64,000 bases of DNA from Lytechinus pictus (taxonomy: Eukaryota): the NCBI RefSeq assembly GCF_037042905.1, contig NC_087255.1:32922001-32986000 (forward strand), given 5' to 3'. Position numbers and translations under genes: made by a program. The notes beneath the pieces were generated by a model. That model was not told where the DNA came from. It made no database searches and saw nothing but the letters and a program-made list of their open reading frames with translations. Each line of letters begins with the position of its first letter. The first letter of the stretch is position 1. Below, in pieces: positions 61,407 to 64,000 of this stretch.

Positions 61407-61726
61407 TTAACATAGGCGGATCCAGCTTTTGGCGAAAGGGGGGGGGGGGCGCACTGCCGAGCGGCGCACATATTTTTGCACTTCACCGACACCGGCGCCA
61501 TAAAAGAAAATGTTGAAAAAGTGGTAAAGTCTGACCCTGTCAAATGCTCTTTTCAAAATGTAGGATTTCCAGTCATGCCATTTTGCATGACCACACGCAA
61601 CGCAGATAATATTTCCGGGGGGGGGGGGGCAAGACTCGATCGAACATATTTTTGAAAAAAAAATAAAAACGATAGAGTAAACGGACCGAGCTGCTCAATG
61701 GGGCGATTATTTTTTTTACAAGTGTA

Positions 61727-61922
61727 CACTCTTAAAAATGTTGGGCAACATACGGTCCACACAACAATTGGTTAAAACTTTATCCAATTCTGGGTAGTTT
61801 TCAACCAATACTGTGTAGTTTTCACCCAAAGCACACATTATTGGTGTAAAACTACCCAGAATTGGATAAAGTTTTAACCAATTGTTGTGTGGACCGTATG
61901 TTGCCCAACATTTTTAAGAGTG
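61727..61922. mobile_element. Palindromic MITE with CACT termini
   Basis: TA|CACTCTTAAAAATG...CATTTTTAAGAGTG|TA, ~80-bp arms. Confidence 0.85.
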
Positions 61923-62314
61923 TAATAAAAGTATTTGGTGCACATCTCACATTTGCACATTTTTCATAGTTTTCATGAAATGTTAAGGAAATAAAATGTG
62001 TTTTCACAACAGCTGATCGGGAATTTGCCCCCCCCCCTTTCCCCTTGCTGTGTACGACAATTCCATGAAGTCCACTTAAACATATCTCATTATGACAGAA
62101 AATATACATCAATTTAAACATATAATCTTTCTAAAACATATAGAGAGAGATTAAAAAACTTATTAAAAAAGAAACAAGCAAAAAGTAACACAAATTATGC
62201 ATGTTATGTGCGATTTCAAAATCTCGTGTACTAACCCTTTTATTGCGATGAGGCCAATACTTTTGTATAGTAATTGAGATACAAGTTTTTTTTTACTATA
62301 TATATATATATACA

Positions 62315-63182
62315 CAGGGGCGTCGATCCTTTTTTAAGATTGGGGGGGGGGGGGCAAAATCATGAATCAACTTTCCAAAGGCGCTCGATNNNNNNNNNNN
62401 NNNNNNNNNNNNNNNNNNNNNNNNNNNNNNNNNNNNNNNNNNNNNNNNNNNNNNNNNNNNNNNNNNNNNNNNNNNNNNNNNNNNNNNNNNNNNNNNNNNN
62501 NNNNNNNNNNNNNNNNNATAGAGACACATATCTCACCAACAAATTAATGCGAGCGCGAAGCGTGAGCTGAAATTTTTTAGTGTACTGACCTGAAAACAGG
62601 AAAAAGACCTGTGCCTATTTAGGACTGTTTGTAGAAACTCATAAGGAGGATACATATCTCACTACACAGATAATGCGAGTGCCGAGGGTGAGCTGAAATT
62701 TCTTTACATTCTGACCAGAAAGCTTGATATTTGGTACCAATTTTGATATTTCGATCTGGAAAAAAATGACAGTTTTATGGACGTTTTTAACAAAGAACAA
62801 GATTATATCCAGCAAAAGATTATCGCAAATCGAAGCGGGAGTTCTTTTGAGGTTTAGAACTGAAAACGGGACATTCTATTCACCTATTTAATCATGAAAA
62901 GTATGGGGTTTTGCTACAGAAATGATGCGAGCGCGAAGCGCGAGCTGAAAATTTTTATATTCCAATCTGAAAAGCGGACAATTTGGGCAGGATTTTAAAT
63001 GAAGAACGAGTTGGGTAGCTCAATCTCGCTTGTTGATTTCTCTGTAACATTACCATCTTATTTTATTTTTGCACATGCGGAATTATTTGGGGGGGGGGGC
63101 AAATCGATATGTTTGCCCCCCCCAAATATTTTCATTGGTGGGGCGATCGCCCACCTGCCCCCCCCCAGGATCGACGCCTCTG
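62315..63182. mobile_element. hAT-type non-autonomous element spanning the assembly gap
   Basis: TIR CAGGGGCGTCGATCC/GGATCGACGCCTCTG with 8-bp TSD TATATACA on both sides. Confidence 0.82.
62390..62517. other. Assembly gap (128 N)
   Basis: Run of N. Confidence 1.
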
Positions 63183-64000
63183 TATATACAATGATACTAC
63201 ATCATGAATCATTCGGAATACATCACCAATCCAGGTTTATATATTATCATTCAATTTTCATGTACATGATGTATAGGCCTATATACAGAATTTGGTATAT
63301 ATTGTGATGCTTTTCACTAAATCTACTGCAATTTGTAATGATGAGTAATTTTTATCTAATTACTTTGATGAAACTGGATATGATGCTTATGACCTGAATT
63401 CAGAAAGAGATCCTTCAAGACAGAGCTTTGGAAATAGTTCTCCAGTTTTACAGGTATCGTTATCTTTGTTTTTAACTTCTTCCTGAGTGATCAGATGAAT
63501 AATATTTAACTTAATGGAAGATGAAAATAAATCAAATTTTGTGGCGTAAACATTTAAACGTTAAAACAAAGCTATTGACAAACTGTATACATTGAAAATG
63601 ATATTTAGTGGTTTAAGGTCTAACGAATATACACATGGTTGCGTAATTATACACTCCCAGTATTAGCAACGGGTTTTAGCAAAGTTTTGGACTAAAATAT
63701 CGAATCATCTTCATAAAACACTATAGTAGCCGTCTTACACTAAAGGCCATAGAGGTGGCACAATGAGGAATGTGTAAAAAAAAAAAGTGACTGACCTTTT
63801 TCTTATTAAAGCATTGGAAAATAAGATCAAAATTAAATTTACGCTTTTGTATGATTCTGGAATTTTTTAAATAACAAATTAAAGATTTCATGACATCTGT
63901 GGGCAACTGCCCCGCCCCAGTCCACTCTGTAAGGGCATGCGATAAGCTTTGTTATGACCATTCAACAATAAAATGTATAACCAGGTGCCGCTGATCATTC

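Overview
AT-rich, intron-containing animal genomic DNA; the repeat landscape suggests an invertebrate deuterostome such as a sea urchin (inference, not proven). I rebuilt three spliced protein-coding genes by hand from GT-AG boundaries and reading phase. (1) A + strand PAP2-fold gene like PLPPR/PRG (242-7129) with all three catalytic motifs degenerate; a candidate 10-nt microexon at 9484-9493 joins it in frame to an alternative proline-rich last exon at 10450-10706. (2) ATP6V0B, the V-ATPase c'' proteolipid (- strand, 7 exons, 18376-31245). (3) R3HDM4 (- strand, 7 exons, 38992-60428). The first introns of ATP6V0B and R3HDM4 hold nested transposon stacks. One is a 3.6-kb foldback element built from ~178-bp subrepeats, inside a 4.8-kb TIR element. 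The other is an intact 6.4-kb Ty3/Gypsy (Mag/SURL-like) retrotransposon with identical 214-bp LTRs, inserted into a MITE whose empty-site copy is also in this window. The rest is MITEs, LINE/SINE fragments, minisatellites and a 128-N assembly gap. I found no tRNA, rRNA or CRISPR features.
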